64,000 nt of DNA from Macrostomum lignano (GCA_002269645.1 NIVC01002239.1:93696-157695); one strand, 5' to 3'. Numbered from the stretch's first letter, positions 36,222-49,975 are shown. Numbers and translations are program-made. The notes: a model not told the origin generated them from the letters alone.

Positions 36222-37085
36222 TTGCACCTGCTCACATCTGGCCCTCACCCTGCTCACTTCTGCACCTCACCCTGCTCACTTCTGCCTCACACCTGCTCAC
36301 ATCTGGCCCTCACCCTGCTCACTTCTGCACCTCACCCTGCTCCCTTCTGACTCACACCTGCTCACATCTGGCCCTCACCCTGCTCACATCTGGCCCTCAC
36401 CCGCTCACATCTGGCCCTCACCCTGCTCACTTCTGCACCTCACCCTGCTCCCTTCTGACTCACACCTGCTCACATCTGGCCCTCACCCTGCTCACTTCTG
36501 CACCTCACCCTGCTCACATCTGGCCCTCACCCTGCTCACTTCTGCACCTCACCCTGCTCACATCTGGCCCTCACCCTGCTCACTTCTGCACCTCACCCTG
36601 CTCCCTTCTGCCTCACACCTGCTCACTTCTGCCTCACACCTGCTCACATCTGGCCCTCACCCTGCTCACTTCTGCACCTCACCCTGCTCCCTTCTGACTC
36701 ACACCTGCTCACATCTGGCCCTCACCCTGCTCACATCTGGCCCTCACCCGCTCACATCTGGCCCTCACCCTGCTCACTTCTGCATCTCACCCTGCTCCCT
36801 TCTGACTCACACCTGCTCACATCTGGCCCTCACCCTGCTCACTTCTGCACCTCACCCTGCTCACATCTGGCCCTCACCCTGCTCACATCTGGCCCTCACC
36901 GAGTCACCCTGCTCACATCTGGCCCTCGCCCTGCTCACATCTGGCCCTCACCCTGCTCACATCTGGCCCTCACCCTGCTCACATCTGGTCCTCGCCCTGC
37001 TCACTACTGCCCCTCACCCTGCTCACTTCTGACTCACACCTGCTCACTTCTGACTCACACCTGCTCACTTCTGCCTCACACCCTG
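36222..37085. repeat. 22-23 bp C-rich minisatellite (CCTGCTCACATCTGGCCCTCAC / CCTGCTCACTTCTGCACCTCAC)
   Basis: About 38 tandem units. Confidence 0.96.
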
Positions 37086-37644
37086 CCCACACCTTGTCTA
37101 TCAGGAAATGAATAAACACAATATATGCACAACCAAAATGAGTCAAATGACTCAAACCGGGTATATATGACATTTACAAATGGATGGTAACACTTGTTGT
37201 GAAGCAGATATTACAGAGAGCATATTGAACAGCACTTAATCAGTGTTTTGTGGAACTTGCAAGGCTTAATCGTCACGCATGCAGATGCAGATATCAAGAG
37301 CGACAGTTTCACGATGTATATTGAAAATCCGGAGTACCAACTTAGCAAACGACCAATGGAGCCACATATTGAGCAATGCGGGTTAGTGACAGCTGATCAT
37401 GGCAAGCCTAGCAGCAGACACGCCTTGAGAATAGGACAGAAAAACCAGGGCTGGGGCAGACAGTACAGAAAGCACTTTGCCAGCTCGGAAGTTTTCAGTC
37501 TCGAGATTTTGAAAACCTGGCTGCTATTGGCCAGGATTGGCATGCTCTGTACTGGTATTGAAATTTACTCAACATTTATTGAAATATATCCGAGTTTAAG
37601 GAAAGTTTATAGTTAAGCAGTGGCTCAAAAAAACTAATACATAG

Positions 37645-38150
37645 AATCAGGATCTGGGAGGGTGGCGGTGGCCCAGCAACTGAGGATCTGGGAGGGTGGC
37701 GGTGGCCCAGCAACTGAGGATCTGGTAGGGCGGTGGCCCAGCAACTGAGGATCTGGTAGGGAGATGGCCCAGCAATTGAGGATTTGGTAGGGCGGTGGCC
37801 CAGCAACTGAGGATCTGGGAGGGTGGTGGCCCAGCAACTGAGGATCTGGGAGGGTGGTGGCCCAGCAATTGAGGATTTGGTAAGGCGGTGGCCCAGCAAC
37901 TGAGGATCTGGGAGGGTGGTGGCCCAGCAATTGAGGATTTGGTAGGGCGGTGGCCCAGCAACTGAGGATCTGGGAGGGTGGTGGCCCAGCAACTGAGGAT
38001 CTGGTAGGGCGGTGGCCCAGCAACTGAGGATCTGGGAGGGTGGTGGCCCAGCAACTGAGGATCTGGTAGGGCGGTGGCCCAGCAACTGAGGATCTGGGAG
38101 GGTGGTGGCCCAGTAATTGAGGATCTGGGAGGGTGGTGGCCTAGCAACTG
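37645..38150. repeat. 31-34 bp minisatellite, reverse-complement relative of 29058-29985 (GGCCCAGCAACTGAGGATCTGGGAGGGTGGT)
   Basis: About 16 units sharing the CCCAGATCCTCAGTTGCTGGG core on the - strand. Confidence 0.95.
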
Positions 38151-38260
38151 AGGGTGAGAGGGCACTGCAAGTCTCCCAGTGGATCAGCATGATAATCGCA
38201 GGTGATGATCCGGCAGTCCCAGCATCATTAAGGCCGGAGTCGCAGACGGCAGGATGGCTA

Positions 38261-38443
38261 TTAGACTCTAACTGGCCCGGAGCCTCCGGCCGCATCGCCG
38301 GACTCCTGCGGCAGAACCTGCTGCAAGCGGCGCAGCTGCTCGCTGAAGGCGCGGTCCTTCAGTAGGCCTGTCATGGCGCCGATGTTGCAATCCGGCTGCC
38401 CGATGAGCGTCACCACCAGCGGCTGGCAGCTGAGCAGCACGAT
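38261..38443 (-). CDS. LAMTOR3: Ragulator subunit LAMTOR3 (MP1), exon 2
   Basis: IVLLSCQPLVVTLIGQPDCNIGAMTGL matches the LAMTOR3 C-terminal half. Acceptor cacccAG at 38444 after a C-rich tract; stop TAA at 38263-61. Confidence 0.85.
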   Translation of the reverse strand: MVLLSCQPLVVTLIGQPDCNIGAMTGLLKDRAFSEQLRRLQQVLPQESGDAAGGSGPVRV

Positions 38444-38569
38444 CTGGGTGGGACGGTGGGGGGGGGGGGGTAGAGGCAGAGCTGACATGGGTCTGGCAAT
38501 GGCTGACAGTGGATGTGACGCACACGGATCTCAAAGTAACCGACAAGACTGACAATGACCGACACACAG

Positions 38570-38861
38570 ATCTGACAGTGACTTAATTCTGACACACGGA
38601 GATGATGATAATGACTCACAAGTCTGACACACGGAGATGATGATAATGACTCACAAGTCTGACACACGGAGCTGATGATGATGACTCACAAGTCTGACAC
38701 ACGAAGCTGATAATGACTCACAAGTCTGACACACGGAGATGATGATAATGACTCACAAGTCTGACACACGGAGCTGATGATGATGACTCACAAGTCTGAC
38801 ACACGGAGCAGATAATGACTCACAAGTCTGACACACGGAGCTGATGATGATGACTCACAAG
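38570..38861. repeat. ~33-bp minisatellite (TGACTCACAAGTCTGACACACGGAGATGATGATAA), split by a transposon; continues 44918-45000
   Basis: The same unit resumes directly after the element at 44918. Confidence 0.92.
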
Positions 38862-39280
38862 CCCTCTGGTAAATAAACCAGATAACACCACAAGATAACA
38901 TTCGCTCAAACAAGATAACATGCCCTATTCCGGTTATGCAAAATGTTATCTTGTATGAATCTTGTTTGCGTGACGAAATCTTACGTTTCCTTGTTTCAAA
39001 CAAGATTCAAAAAGGATTTGCTGACCAGATAACAGTCGGGTAATTCGTGCGAATCCTGCAGGGAAATATCGTGTTATCCTGTTTGTTATCTTGTTTGTTA
39101 TCCTGTCTGGCAAACAGGATTCGCTGACCAGGTAACAGTCGGGTAATTCATGTGAATCCTGCAGGGAAATATCGTGTTATCCTGTTTGTTATCTTGTTTG
39201 TTATCCTGTCTGGCAAACAGGATTCGCTGACCAGGTGACAGTCGGGTAATTCACGCGAATCCTGCAGGGAAACATAATGT

Positions 39281-41448
39281 TATCTTGCTTGTTATCTTGT
39301 CAGAAAAACAAGATTTCCTGATCAGATAACAGTCGGGTAATTTATGATAATAAAAGGCAGAAGGCACCGACAATCAAATTTCGCAGTAAAGAAGCGTATA
39401 AAAAGTTGGTGCTTCAAGATGTTGTGAGAAGCATCTATTTAACAGCGGGGTGTCAACTAAACGGCATCTCAACATGAACGAAAACATCTGGAGAACAGTG
39501 TGGCATAAGTCTGAGTTTCGGGAGTCCAGTAATCTTGTTATCTTTTTATCTTGTTATCTTGCTTGTTATCTTGTCAGAAAAACAAGATTTCCTGATCAGA
39601 TAACAGTCGGGTAATTTATGATAATAAAAGGCAGAAGGCACCGACAATCAAATTTCGCAGTAAAGAAGCGTATAAAAAGTTGGTGCTTCAAGATGTTGTG
39701 AGAAGCATCTATTTAACAGCGGGGTGTCAACTAAACGGCATCTCAACATGAACGAAAACATCTGGAGAACAGTGTGGCATAAGTCTGAGTTTCGGGAGTC
39801 CAGTAATCTTGTTATCTTTTTATCTTGTTATCTTGCTTGTTATCTTGTCAGAAAAACAAGATTTCCTGATCAGATAACAGTCGGGTAATTTATGATAATA
39901 AAAGGCAGAAGGCACCGACAATCAAATTTCGCAGTAAAGAAGCGTATAAAAAGTTGGTGCTTCAAGATGTTGTGAGAAGCATCTATTTAACAGCGGGGTG
40001 TCAACTAAACGGCATCTCAACATGAACGAAAACATCTGGAGAACAGTGTGGCATAAGTCTGAGTTTCGGGAGTCCAGTAATCTTGTTATCTTTTTATCTT
40101 GTTATCTTGCTTGTTATCTTGTCAGAAAAACAAGATTTCCTGATCAGATAACAGTCGGGTAATTTATGATAATAAAAGGCAGAAGGCACCGACAATCAAA
40201 TTTCGCAGTAAAGAAGCGTATAAAAAGTTGGTGCTTCAAGATGTTGTGAGAAGCATCTATTTAACAGCGGGGTGTCAACTAAACGGCATCTCAACATGAA
40301 CGAAAACATCTGGAGAACAGTGTGGCATAAGTCTGAGTTTCGGGAGTCCAGTAATCTTGTTATCTTTTTATCTTGTTATCTTGCTTGTTATCTTGTCAGA
40401 AAAACAAGATTTCCTGATCAGATAACAGTCGGGTAATTTATGATAATAAAAGGCAGAAGGCACCGACAATCAAATTTCGCAGTAAAGAAGCGTATAAAAA
40501 GTTGGTGCTTCAAGATGTTGTGAGAAGCATCTATTTAACAGCGGGGTGTCAACTAAACGGCATCTCAACATGAACGAAAACATCTGGAGAACAGTGTGGC
40601 ATAAGTCTGAGTTTCGGGAGTCCAGTAATCTTGTTATCTTTTTATCTTGTTATCTTGCTTGTTATCTTGTCAGAAAAACAAGATTTCCTGATCAGATAAC
40701 AGTCGGGTAATTTATGATAATAAAAGGCAGAAGGCACCGACAATCAAATTTCGCAGTAAAGAAGCGTATAAAAAGTTGGTGCTTCAAGATGTTGTGAGAA
40801 GCATCTATTTAACAGCGGGGTGTCAACTAAACGGCATCTCAACATGAACGAAAACATCTGGAGAACAGTGTGGCATAAGTCTGAGTTTCGGGAGTCCAGT
40901 AATCTTGTTATCTTTTTATCTTGTTATCTTGCTTGTTATCTTGTCAGAAAAACAAGATTTCCTGATCAGATAACAGTCGGGTAATTTATGATAATAAAAG
41001 GCAGAAGGCACCGACAATCAAATTTCGCAGTAAAGAAGCGTATAAAAAGTTGGTGCTTCAAGATGTTGTGAGAAGCATCTATTTAACAGCGGGGTGTCAA
41101 CTAAACGGCATCTCAACATGAACGAAAACATCTGGAGAACAGTGTGGCATAAGTCTGAGTTTCGGGAGTCCAGTAATCTTGTTATCTTTTTATCTTGTTA
41201 TCTTGCTTGTTATCTTGTCAGAAAAACAAGATTTCCTGATCAGATAACAGTCGGGTAATTTATGATAATAAAAGGCAGAAGGCACCGACAATCAAATTTC
41301 GCAGTAAAGAAGCGTATAAAAAGTTGGTGCTTCAAGATGTTGTGAGAAGCATCTATTTAACAGCGGGGTGTCAACTAAACGGCATCTCAACATGAACGAA
41401 AACATCTGGAGAACAGTGTGGCATAAGTCTGAGTTTCGGGAGTCCAGT
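39281..41448. repeat. 274-bp tandem repeat, ~7.9 apparently identical copies, inside the EnSpm-like element
   Basis: CAGAAAAACAAG starts at 39301, 39575, 39849, 40123, 40397, 40671, 40945, 41219. Confidence 0.97.
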
Positions 41449-43218
41449 TATAAGTAGATCTACTTATACTGTGGATACCAATTGATATTACTGGATTGGT
41501 GATCTGCTGCGACCTGGTGTATCAGCTGGCGAGCTCGGACCTGCTGTACTCGGACGCGACTCTGGCGGCAGTCGACGCGTGAGCCAGACGTTTGAAAGAC
41601 CGGGTCGCGCCCGCGGACGGCGATTAATGAGACCGCCGACGGGGGCTTGCATTATATGTCGGCGCAATGGAACGACTCTGTAGTATTAAGTTAAATTGAA
41701 TGGCGATGGATGACAGTTTCTCCGACATATACACAGCTATAAAAAACACAGTAAGGTACATACACTCTCGATTGTCTAGCTCTAACAGACAGTGACGGTG
41801 TGCCGACAGGCATTGCCATATTATACGACCGTTCACAAGTAGCGTCGGCTGTGTCGATAGAATTGTCATTCGTTGCATAGTCGTCATCCGGAAACAACTG
41901 GCTTTCGTTGATCGGCTGCTCGTAGACCGGAGACAAAGTGAATGGTGTATCATCTGATGCGCCGGCTCGCGCGGCGCTGGCTTCGTTGCGTCCACGAAAT
42001 GCCGACTACGCTGGAAACTCTTACCTGATTGTTTTCGCAATCCCGTGCGCCAACGGTAATATCCAACCGACTTGGCGTTGCAGATGTCGCTAGTGCGATG
42101 GACGATCGTCCAACGGCATCATCAACTGCGTCGTTCGAAGCAGTGACACCCTCCGGAAAAAGTGGCTGACAAGATTGCCGACACTCATGGTCTGTAACGA
42201 CTACTCCCTTGACTTGTTCGAGGATTTATTAAATCTCGACAAGATTACCGACATGGTCTGTAACGACTACTCTCTTGACTTGATCTGCTCTCGGCTGGTG
42301 CAACTGCAAACGCCTTAGACAAACCAATGGAGCATGCACCGAAAAAAATCGGATTAGCGTCTATCTTAATAGGAAAGCTGCTTTGCATACTGGGCCAGTT
42401 CGAGCTATTTGGAACTATGCCACAGTCTCAGTCTAGACACCCAGCTGTGCCAAACAATATGGTTGGCTGACTCATGCTTCTAAGCGTCAAATATGACGAT
42501 AGAATCATTCAGCCCGTTGACACACTAAGCAGCTGTGATAGACTACATGCCAGTGGTAGTCAAACCTCTCGCACACAATCAGGGCGCAACAATTTTTCAA
42601 TTGTCACCTGTACGGAGGATGGGCTCAGCCTCACATTACGGACGCTACAGTGCCTCCGAAAAGCAGATCAATTCACCTTGCAATTTCGAGGCTTGATTAC
42701 CCCTCGGATTAGATTGACCCGCGTAGTCAAATAAAAGTGACTACTCTTAGCAGCTGCCTTGAGCCACAACAGACGCGAGGTTTGATTACCCCTCGTAGGT
42801 CAGCATTTTCAGTCAACTGCTCAACTTTGATTCATCGGTTGAAGCGGGGTTCAATTATCCCTCACTGGTGGCCATACACCAACACTGCAGACGCTTTAGA
42901 CAACCCAATGGAGCATGCTCTAGCAAGAGCTAGAATAACGTCTGTCTTAAAAAAAGGCTACCTTAGAACTGGGCCAGTAGGAGCTTTTGGAACCATGCCA
43001 CAGCTCCATCTAGACACCCAGCTGCACCAGATAATAGGGTAATCTGATACACTAAGTAACCGCGACAGACTACATGCCATTGGGAGTCAAACCTCTCCAG
43101 CACAATAAGAATGCAATAGTTTGTCGGAGAGCCAACAAAGCTATCACCTGCAGGGAGGGTGGGCACGGCCTCACATTACGAGCGCTAGCGTTTGCTGATA
43201 TATGGCACTTTACCCCTC

Positions 43219-43720
43219 GCAGGTCAGCTTAGCAGCTGCCTTGAGTCCCAACAGAAGCGAGGATTGATTATCCATCGCAGGTCAGCTTATGAGCTGCCTT
43301 GAGTCCCAACAGAAGCGAGGATTGATTATCCATCGCAGGTCAGCTTATGAGCTGCCTTGAGTCCCAACAGAAGCGAGGATTGATTATCCATCGCAGGTCA
43401 GCTATTAGCTGCCTTGAGTCCCAACAGAAGCGAGGATTGATTATCCATCGCAGGTCAGCTTATGAGCTGCCTTGAGCCCCAACAGAAGCGAGGATTGATT
43501 ATCCATCGCAGGTCAGCTATTAGCTGCCTTGAGTCCCAACAGAAGCGAGGATTGATTATCCATCGCAGGTCAGCTATTAGCTGCCTTGAGTCCCAACAGA
43601 AGCGAGGATTGATTATCCATCGCAGGTCAGCTTATGAGCTGCCTTGAGCCCCAACAGAAGCGAGGATTGATTATCCATCGCAGGTCAGCTTATGAGCTGC
43701 CTTGAGCCACAACAGACGCG
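43219..43720. repeat. 57-58 bp tandem repeat inside the EnSpm-like element
   Basis: About 8.5 units of AGGTCAGCTTATGAGCTGCCTTGAGTCCCAACAGAAGCGAGGATTGATTATCCATCGC; a single related copy at ~42745-42810. Confidence 0.95.
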
Positions 43721-45152
43721 AAGTCCAGTCTTATCCATAACTTCATCGAGATTCGAGTCAATGGGAGCTGATCCCTGTGGATTTGCCGAATCACTTGGTC
43801 TAGATCACTGAGGAATTCCGACTGAACTCCTGAAATCTCATCCAGAACATTTTCATTTGGAAAACCTGAAATTTGGGTCTACAATTAGAATTTAGCAGTG
43901 TTCAAGGTGAAAAATTTCGGAAAATGCAGCCGGAACAGCTTTCCTTTTTCCCGAACTTTTGCAGGATCACATTTCCGGAAAAAAGGGGCTATTCCAGGCT
44001 AAAAATGCTGATCCGGGCCTTCACTTGGAAATCAATTAAATTAGGCCTGGATCACGAAATTCTGAAAAAAATTATGGGTGAAAAGTACAACGGGTTCTTA
44101 CAGACCGGATAACACAAAGGCATCTTGATTGAAATCTTTTTCCATTATCTGGTTTGCAAACCAGATTCGCATCCTGTTATCCGGTAAATTTCAGATTCAC
44201 ACAGGTTTCTTACAGACTAGATAATGCACAGTTATCCTGATTTAAATCTTGTACTGTTATCTGTCTTTCAAACAAGATTCGCACCATGTTATCCTGTGAA
44301 ATTCCGATTCAAACAAGATTCAATCAAACAAGAAAACAAAAAATTACCTGGTGGCGAATCTTGTACTGTTATCTGATTTTCAAACAAGATTCGCACCATG
44401 TTATCCTGTGAAATTCCGATTCAAACAAGATTCAATCAAGCAAGAAAACAAAAAATTATCTGGTGGCAAATCTTGTCATGTAATCTGATTTCTAAGCAAG
44501 ATTCGGGCCATGTTATCTGGTGAAATTCAGATAACTCACCAGATAACAGTCAAACAAGAAAACAAAAAATTATCTGGTGGCAAATCTTGTCATGTAATCT
44601 GATTTTTAAGCAAGATTCGGGCCATGTTATCTGGTGAAATTCAGATAACTCACCAGATAACAGTCAAACAAGAAAACAAAAAATTATCTGGTGGCAAATC
44701 TTGTCATGTAATCTGATTTCTAAGCAAGATTCGGGCCATGTTATCTGGTGAAATTCAGATAACTCACCAGATAACAGTCAAACAAGAAAACAAAAAATTA
44801 TCTGGTGACGAATCTGGTGGTTTCACCAGTTTCGCAACTCAAACAAGGAAATCGGTAGTGAATCTGACAAGATTCGCAAATTATCTTGTGGTGTTATCTG
44901 GTTTATTTACCAGAGGGAGTCTGACACACGGAGCTGATGATGATGACTCACAAGTCTGACACACGGAGCTGATAATGACTCACAAGTCTGACACAAGGGA
45001 CTGACACTAGCTTATAAGTCTGCTGACCCAGATGCATCTAACAGTGGCAGAAAAAACCTGACACATGCATATTGACAGTAGCTGACAAGCCTAACAAATA
45101 GCTGACAACACGGAAATGACAAGCAGTCGGAAATTAGCCCCAAGACTCTTAC

Positions 45153-45395
45153 CGTCATTTGGCCATAGTTGGTGACGAAGGCGCTGGCCGGGCCGACCCC
45201 CAGCTTGCCGGCCTGCTCGGCCGCCTGGCAGAAGCCGGGCACCAGGCCACGCTTCACGACAGCCTCCACGGCCCACTGGCACTCGGGCTGGGCGGCGCTC
45301 ATCAGACCGACGCCGTCTCGGTCCGACAGCAAAATGGCAGACAGGCCGTCCACCTGGGACAGGTAGCTCTCTAGGAAGCGCCTGAGTGAGTCCAT
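45153..45395 (-). CDS. LAMTOR3: Ragulator subunit LAMTOR3 (MP1), exon 1
   Basis: MDSLRRFLESYLSQVDGLSAILLSDRDGV...AEQAGKLG matches LAMTOR3 (LKRFL...VEGLHAIVVSDRDGVP...QGSKLG). Donor ACG|GTAAGA at 45152. Confidence 0.92.
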
Positions 45396-45454
45396 TGCGC
45401 GGTTCTCTATCGGGCTGTGGCTGCTGGCATGAAGCAGTGGGCAAGGAGGGTGTT

Positions 45455-47402
45455 GACTGATGGGCATGGCTGACACAATGGGATCAGACTGATGGGCATG
45501 GCTGACACAATGGGATCAGACTGATGGGCATGGCTGACACAATGGGGCCAGACTGATCGGCATGGCTGACACAATGGGGCCAGACTGATCGGCATGGCTG
45601 ACACAATGGGGTCAGACTGATGGGCACCGCTGACACAATGGGGTCAGACTGATGGGCATGGCTGACACAATAGGGTCAGACTGATGGGCACCGCTGACAC
45701 AATGGGGTCAGACTGATGGGCACCGCTGACACAATGGGGTCAGACTGATGGGCACCGCTGACACAATGGGGTCAGACTGATGGGCATGGCTGACACAATA
45801 GGGTCAGACTGATGGGCACCGCTGACACAATGGGGTCAGACTGATGGGCACCGCTGACACAATGGGGTCAGACTGATGGGCATGGCTGACACAAGGGGTC
45901 AGACTGATTGGCACCGCTGGCACAATGGGGTCAGACTGATGGGCATGGCTGACACAATGGGGTCAGACTGATGGGCACCGCTGACACAATGGGGTCAGAC
46001 TGATGGGCATGGCTGACACAATGGGGTCAGCCTGATGGGCATGGCTGACACAATGGGGTCAGACTGATTGGCACCGCTGGCACAATGGGATCAGAATGAT
46101 GGGCATGGCTGACACAATAGGGTCAGACTGATGGGCACCGCTGACACAATGGGGTCAGACTGATGGGCACCGCTGACACAATGGGGTCAGACTGATGGGC
46201 ATGGCTGACACAATAGGGTCAGACTGATGGGCACCGCTGACACAATGGGGTCAGACTGATGGGCACCGCTGACACAATGGGGTCAGACTGATGGGCATGG
46301 CTGACACAAGGGGTCAGACTGATTGGCACCGCTGGCACAATGGGATCAGAATGATGGGCATGGCTGACACAATGGGGTCAGACTGATGGGCACCGCTGAC
46401 ACAATGGGGTCAGACTGATGGGCACCGCTGACACAATGGGGTCAGACTGATGGGCATGGCTGACACAATGGGATCAGACTGATGGGCATGGCTGACACAA
46501 TGGGGCCAGACTGATCGGCATGGCTGACATAATGGGATCAGAATGATGGGCATGGCTGACACAATAGGGTCAGACTGATGGGCACCGCTGACACAATGGG
46601 GTCAGACTGATGGGCACCGCTGACACAATGGGATCAGACTGATGGGCATGGCTGACACAATAGGGTCAGACTGATGGGCACCGCTGACACAATGGGGTCA
46701 GACTGATGGGCACCGCTGACACAATGGGGTCAGACTGATGGGCATGGCTGACACAATGGGGTCAGACTGATGGGCACCGCTGACACAATGGGGTCAGACT
46801 GATGGGCATGGCTGACACAATGGGGTCAGCCTGATGGGCATGGCTGATACAATGGGGTCAGACTGATTGGCACCGCTGGCACAATGGGATCAGAATGATG
46901 GGCATGGCTGACACAATAGGGTCAGACTGATGGGCACCGCTGACACAATGGGGTCAGACTGATGGGCACCGCTGACACAATGAGGTCAGACTGATGGGCA
47001 TGGCTGACACAATGGGGTCAGACTGATTGGCACCGCTGGTACAATGGGATCAGAATGATGGGCATGGCTGACACAATGGGGTCAGACTGATGGGCACCGC
47101 TGACACAATGGGGTCAGACTGATGGGCACCGCTGACACAATGGGGTCAGACTGATGGGCATGGCTGACACAATGGGGTCAGACTGATGGGCACCGCTGAC
47201 ACAATGGGGTCAGACTGATGGGCATGGCTGACACAATGGGGTCAGACTGATGGGCATGGCTGACACAATGGGGTCAGACTGATGGGCATGGCTGACACAA
47301 TGGGGTCAGACTGATGGGCATGGCTGACACAATGGGGTCAGACTGATGGGCATGGCTGACACAATGGGGTCAGACTGATGGGCATGGCTGACACAATGGG
47401 GC
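45455..47402. repeat. 32-bp minisatellite (GGGTCAGACTGATGGGCATGGCTGACACAATG), ~60 units
   Basis: Tandem units with GCACCGC/GCATGGC variants. Confidence 0.97.
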
Positions 47403-47439
47403 TAGCCAACAGTGGCACATCATATATGACACGTGGAAT

Positions 47440-48567
47440 GCCACACCTGACCTGACACACTGGCCCTGGTTGGGCAGACAGCAGACAGCGGTACGCCTGA
47501 CCTGACACACTGGCCCTGGGGGCAGACAGCCGCACACCTGACCTGACTCACTGGCCCTGGGGGCAGACAGTGGCACACCTGACCTGACACACTGGCCCTG
47601 GGGGCAGACAGTGGCACACCTGACCTGACACACTGGCCCTGGGGGCAGACAGCGGCACACCTGACCTGACACACTGGCCCTGGGGGCAGACAGTGGCACA
47701 CCTGACCTGACACACTGGCCCTGGGGGCAGACAGCGGCACACCTGACCTGACACACTGGCCCTGGGGGCAGACAGCGGTACACCTGACCTGACACACTGG
47801 CCCTGGGGGCAGACAGCGGCACACCTGACCTGACACACTGGCCCTGGGGGCAGACAGTGGCACACCTGACCTGACACACTGGCCCTGGGGGCAGACAGCG
47901 GCACACCTGACCTGACACACTGGCCCTGGGGGCAGACAGCGGCACACCTGACCTGACACACTGGCCCTGGGGGCAGACAGTGGCACACCTGACCTGACAC
48001 ACCGGTCCCTGGGGGCAGACAGCGGCACACCTGACCTGACACACTGGCCCTGGGGGCAGACAGCGGCACACCTGACCTGACACACTGGCCCTGGGGGCAG
48101 ACAGCGGCACACCTGACCTGACACACTGGCCCTGGGGGCAGACAGTGGCACACCTGACCTGACACACTGGCCCTGGGGGCAGACAGCGGCACACCTGACC
48201 TGACACACTGGCCCTGGGGGCAGACAGCGGCACACCTGACCTGACACACTGGCCCTGGGGGCAGACAGTGGCACACCTGACCTGACACACTGGCCCTGGG
48301 GGCAGACAGTGGCACACCTGACCTGACACACTGGCCCTGGGGGCAGACAGTGGCACACCTGACCTGACACACTGGCCCTGGGGGCAGACAGCGGTACACC
48401 TGACCTGACACACTGGCCCTGGGGCAGACAGTGGCACACCTGACCTGACACACTGGCCCTGGGGGCAGACAGTGGCACACCTGACCTGACACACTGGCCC
48501 TGGGGGCAGACAGTGGCACACCTGACCTGACACACTGGCCCTGGGGGCAGACAGTGGCACACCTGAC
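47440..48567. repeat. 41-bp minisatellite (CACACCTGACCTGACACACTGGCCCTGGGGGCAGACAGTGG), ~27 units
   Basis: Period of 41 measured directly. Confidence 0.97.
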
Positions 48568-49190
48568 ACAGTAAGATAAATTAAGACAAAAAGCAGGCCA
48601 CTTTGCCATTTCTAGAACAGAAAAAGTGCAAATAAACACAAAGAATATATTTGATGGGATCAGAAGCCGTGATGCCATATTAAAAACTGCTAAAAATGTC
48701 TGTAAAAATTCCCAGGAGATGCAGCTAAGCAGGAAGCTGAACTTTTGTGAAAAAAAAACTGTTGAAAAAAGCTGGAAATAATCAATAGAATAAAAACAAT
48801 ACTGACAATGAGAATAGGGCAGACTGACAGAACTAATAGCACTGGATAATACTGGGCAGTAAGCACTTGATAAACGCTGTTACAACACCAATGGGATATA
48901 ATAGATAATTTTAGCCAGTTTCAGATTCACTTGGCTGTCAATAAATAATTAGTGAAATGGAATGACTTTCCCTAAGTTTGATTTTCCCTAAAAGTTGTGG
49001 TGTGCTTTTTACGAAATGAGAGCCTTTGGCCATTATGGCCCCCCACCCCAGAGGATGATGAAATTGCAGAGTTGCGAATTAGCTCTCTCGCTAATCTTGA
49101 AGCAAATTTTGATCCCCCAGTGAGTCGTGGTATTTGCAGCGACATTCCCTAAACCGCCGACGTCCCGGGAGTGTCTCAGCGACGCCAAAG

Positions 49191-49479
49191 TCAGCCCACG
49201 AACTCTCCGCTAGCGTCGAATTCCACCGCGGCAGCGGCGCCATCGGCCAGCAGCTGCTGGGAGTCGGCGACGGCGCCCCTCAACGACTGCGGCATGGGTG
49301 GCGGTGGCGGCCGCTCCAAGGCCGGGTCCAGGCTGAGCAGCAGGATGAGCACCGCGCAGCAGACCGCCAGCGCCACCAGCCACGTGGCCGTGGAGCGGGC
49401 CTTTGGAGTCGGCGACGCTTCCGGCGGGATCGGCGTGCCAGCGCCGCCTCTGCGACTGCCGACACCGGTACGAGTGGAG
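49191..49479 (-). CDS. LEM-domain membrane protein, exon 2 (transmembrane helix WLVALAVCCAVLILLLSL)
   Basis: Acceptor ggcaccAG at 49480 completes a phase-2 codon (TG+C). The two exons total 471 nt (156 aa plus stop). Confidence 0.75.
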
Positions 49480-49975
49480 CTGGTGCCGCTGTGGGATTGG
49501 GAATTCGGGACTCTGTGGTGCCGCTGTGGGATTGGGAATTCGGGACTCTGTGGTGCCGCTGCGGGATTGGGAATTCGGGGGCTCTGTGGTGCCGCTGCGG
49601 GATTGGGAATTCGGGGGCTCTGTGGTGCCGCTGCGGGATTGGGAATTCGGGGGCTCTGTGGTGCCGCTGCGAGATTGGGAATTCGGGGGCTCTGTGGTGC
49701 CGCTGCGGGATTGGGAATTCGGGGGCTCTGTGGTGCCGCTGCGGGATTGGGAATTCGGGGGCTCTGTGGTGCCGCTGCGGGATTGGGGATTCGGGACTCT
49801 GTGGTGCCGCTGTGGGATTGGGGATTCGGGACTCTGGTGCCGCTGTGGGATTGGGGATTCGGGACTCTGTGGTGCCGCTGTGGGATTGGGGATTCGGGAC
49901 TCTGGTGCCGCTGTGGGATTGGGGATTCGGAACTCTGTGGTGCCGCTGCGGGATTGGGGATTCGAGACTTGGTGG
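49480..49975. repeat. 30-36 bp minisatellite (GGATTGGGAATTCGGGGGCTCTGTGGTGCCGCTGC) filling the LEM gene intron
   Basis: About 14 tandem units. Confidence 0.95.

Larger units (their letters stand above)
38862..44917. mobile_element. 6,056-bp non-autonomous CMC/EnSpm-like DNA transposon (CCC termini, 37-bp perfect TIR, 2-bp TSD AG)
   Basis: TIR CCCTCTGGTAAATAAACCAGATAACACCACAAGATAA at both ends. The host repeat ...CACAAG|TCTG... is restored on removing the element plus one AG. Subterminal ~100-115 bp tandem repeats at both ends. Confidence 0.88.

Noticed and set aside
41624-43166. Short ORFs inside the EnSpm-like element as transposase remnants
   Set aside because: No recognisable CACTA/CMC transposase motifs; frames are short and interrupted.
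47370-48678. Cys-rich 376-399 aa ORFs resembling metallothionein or keratin-associated proteins
   Set aside because: They are three-frame translations of the 41-bp minisatellite.
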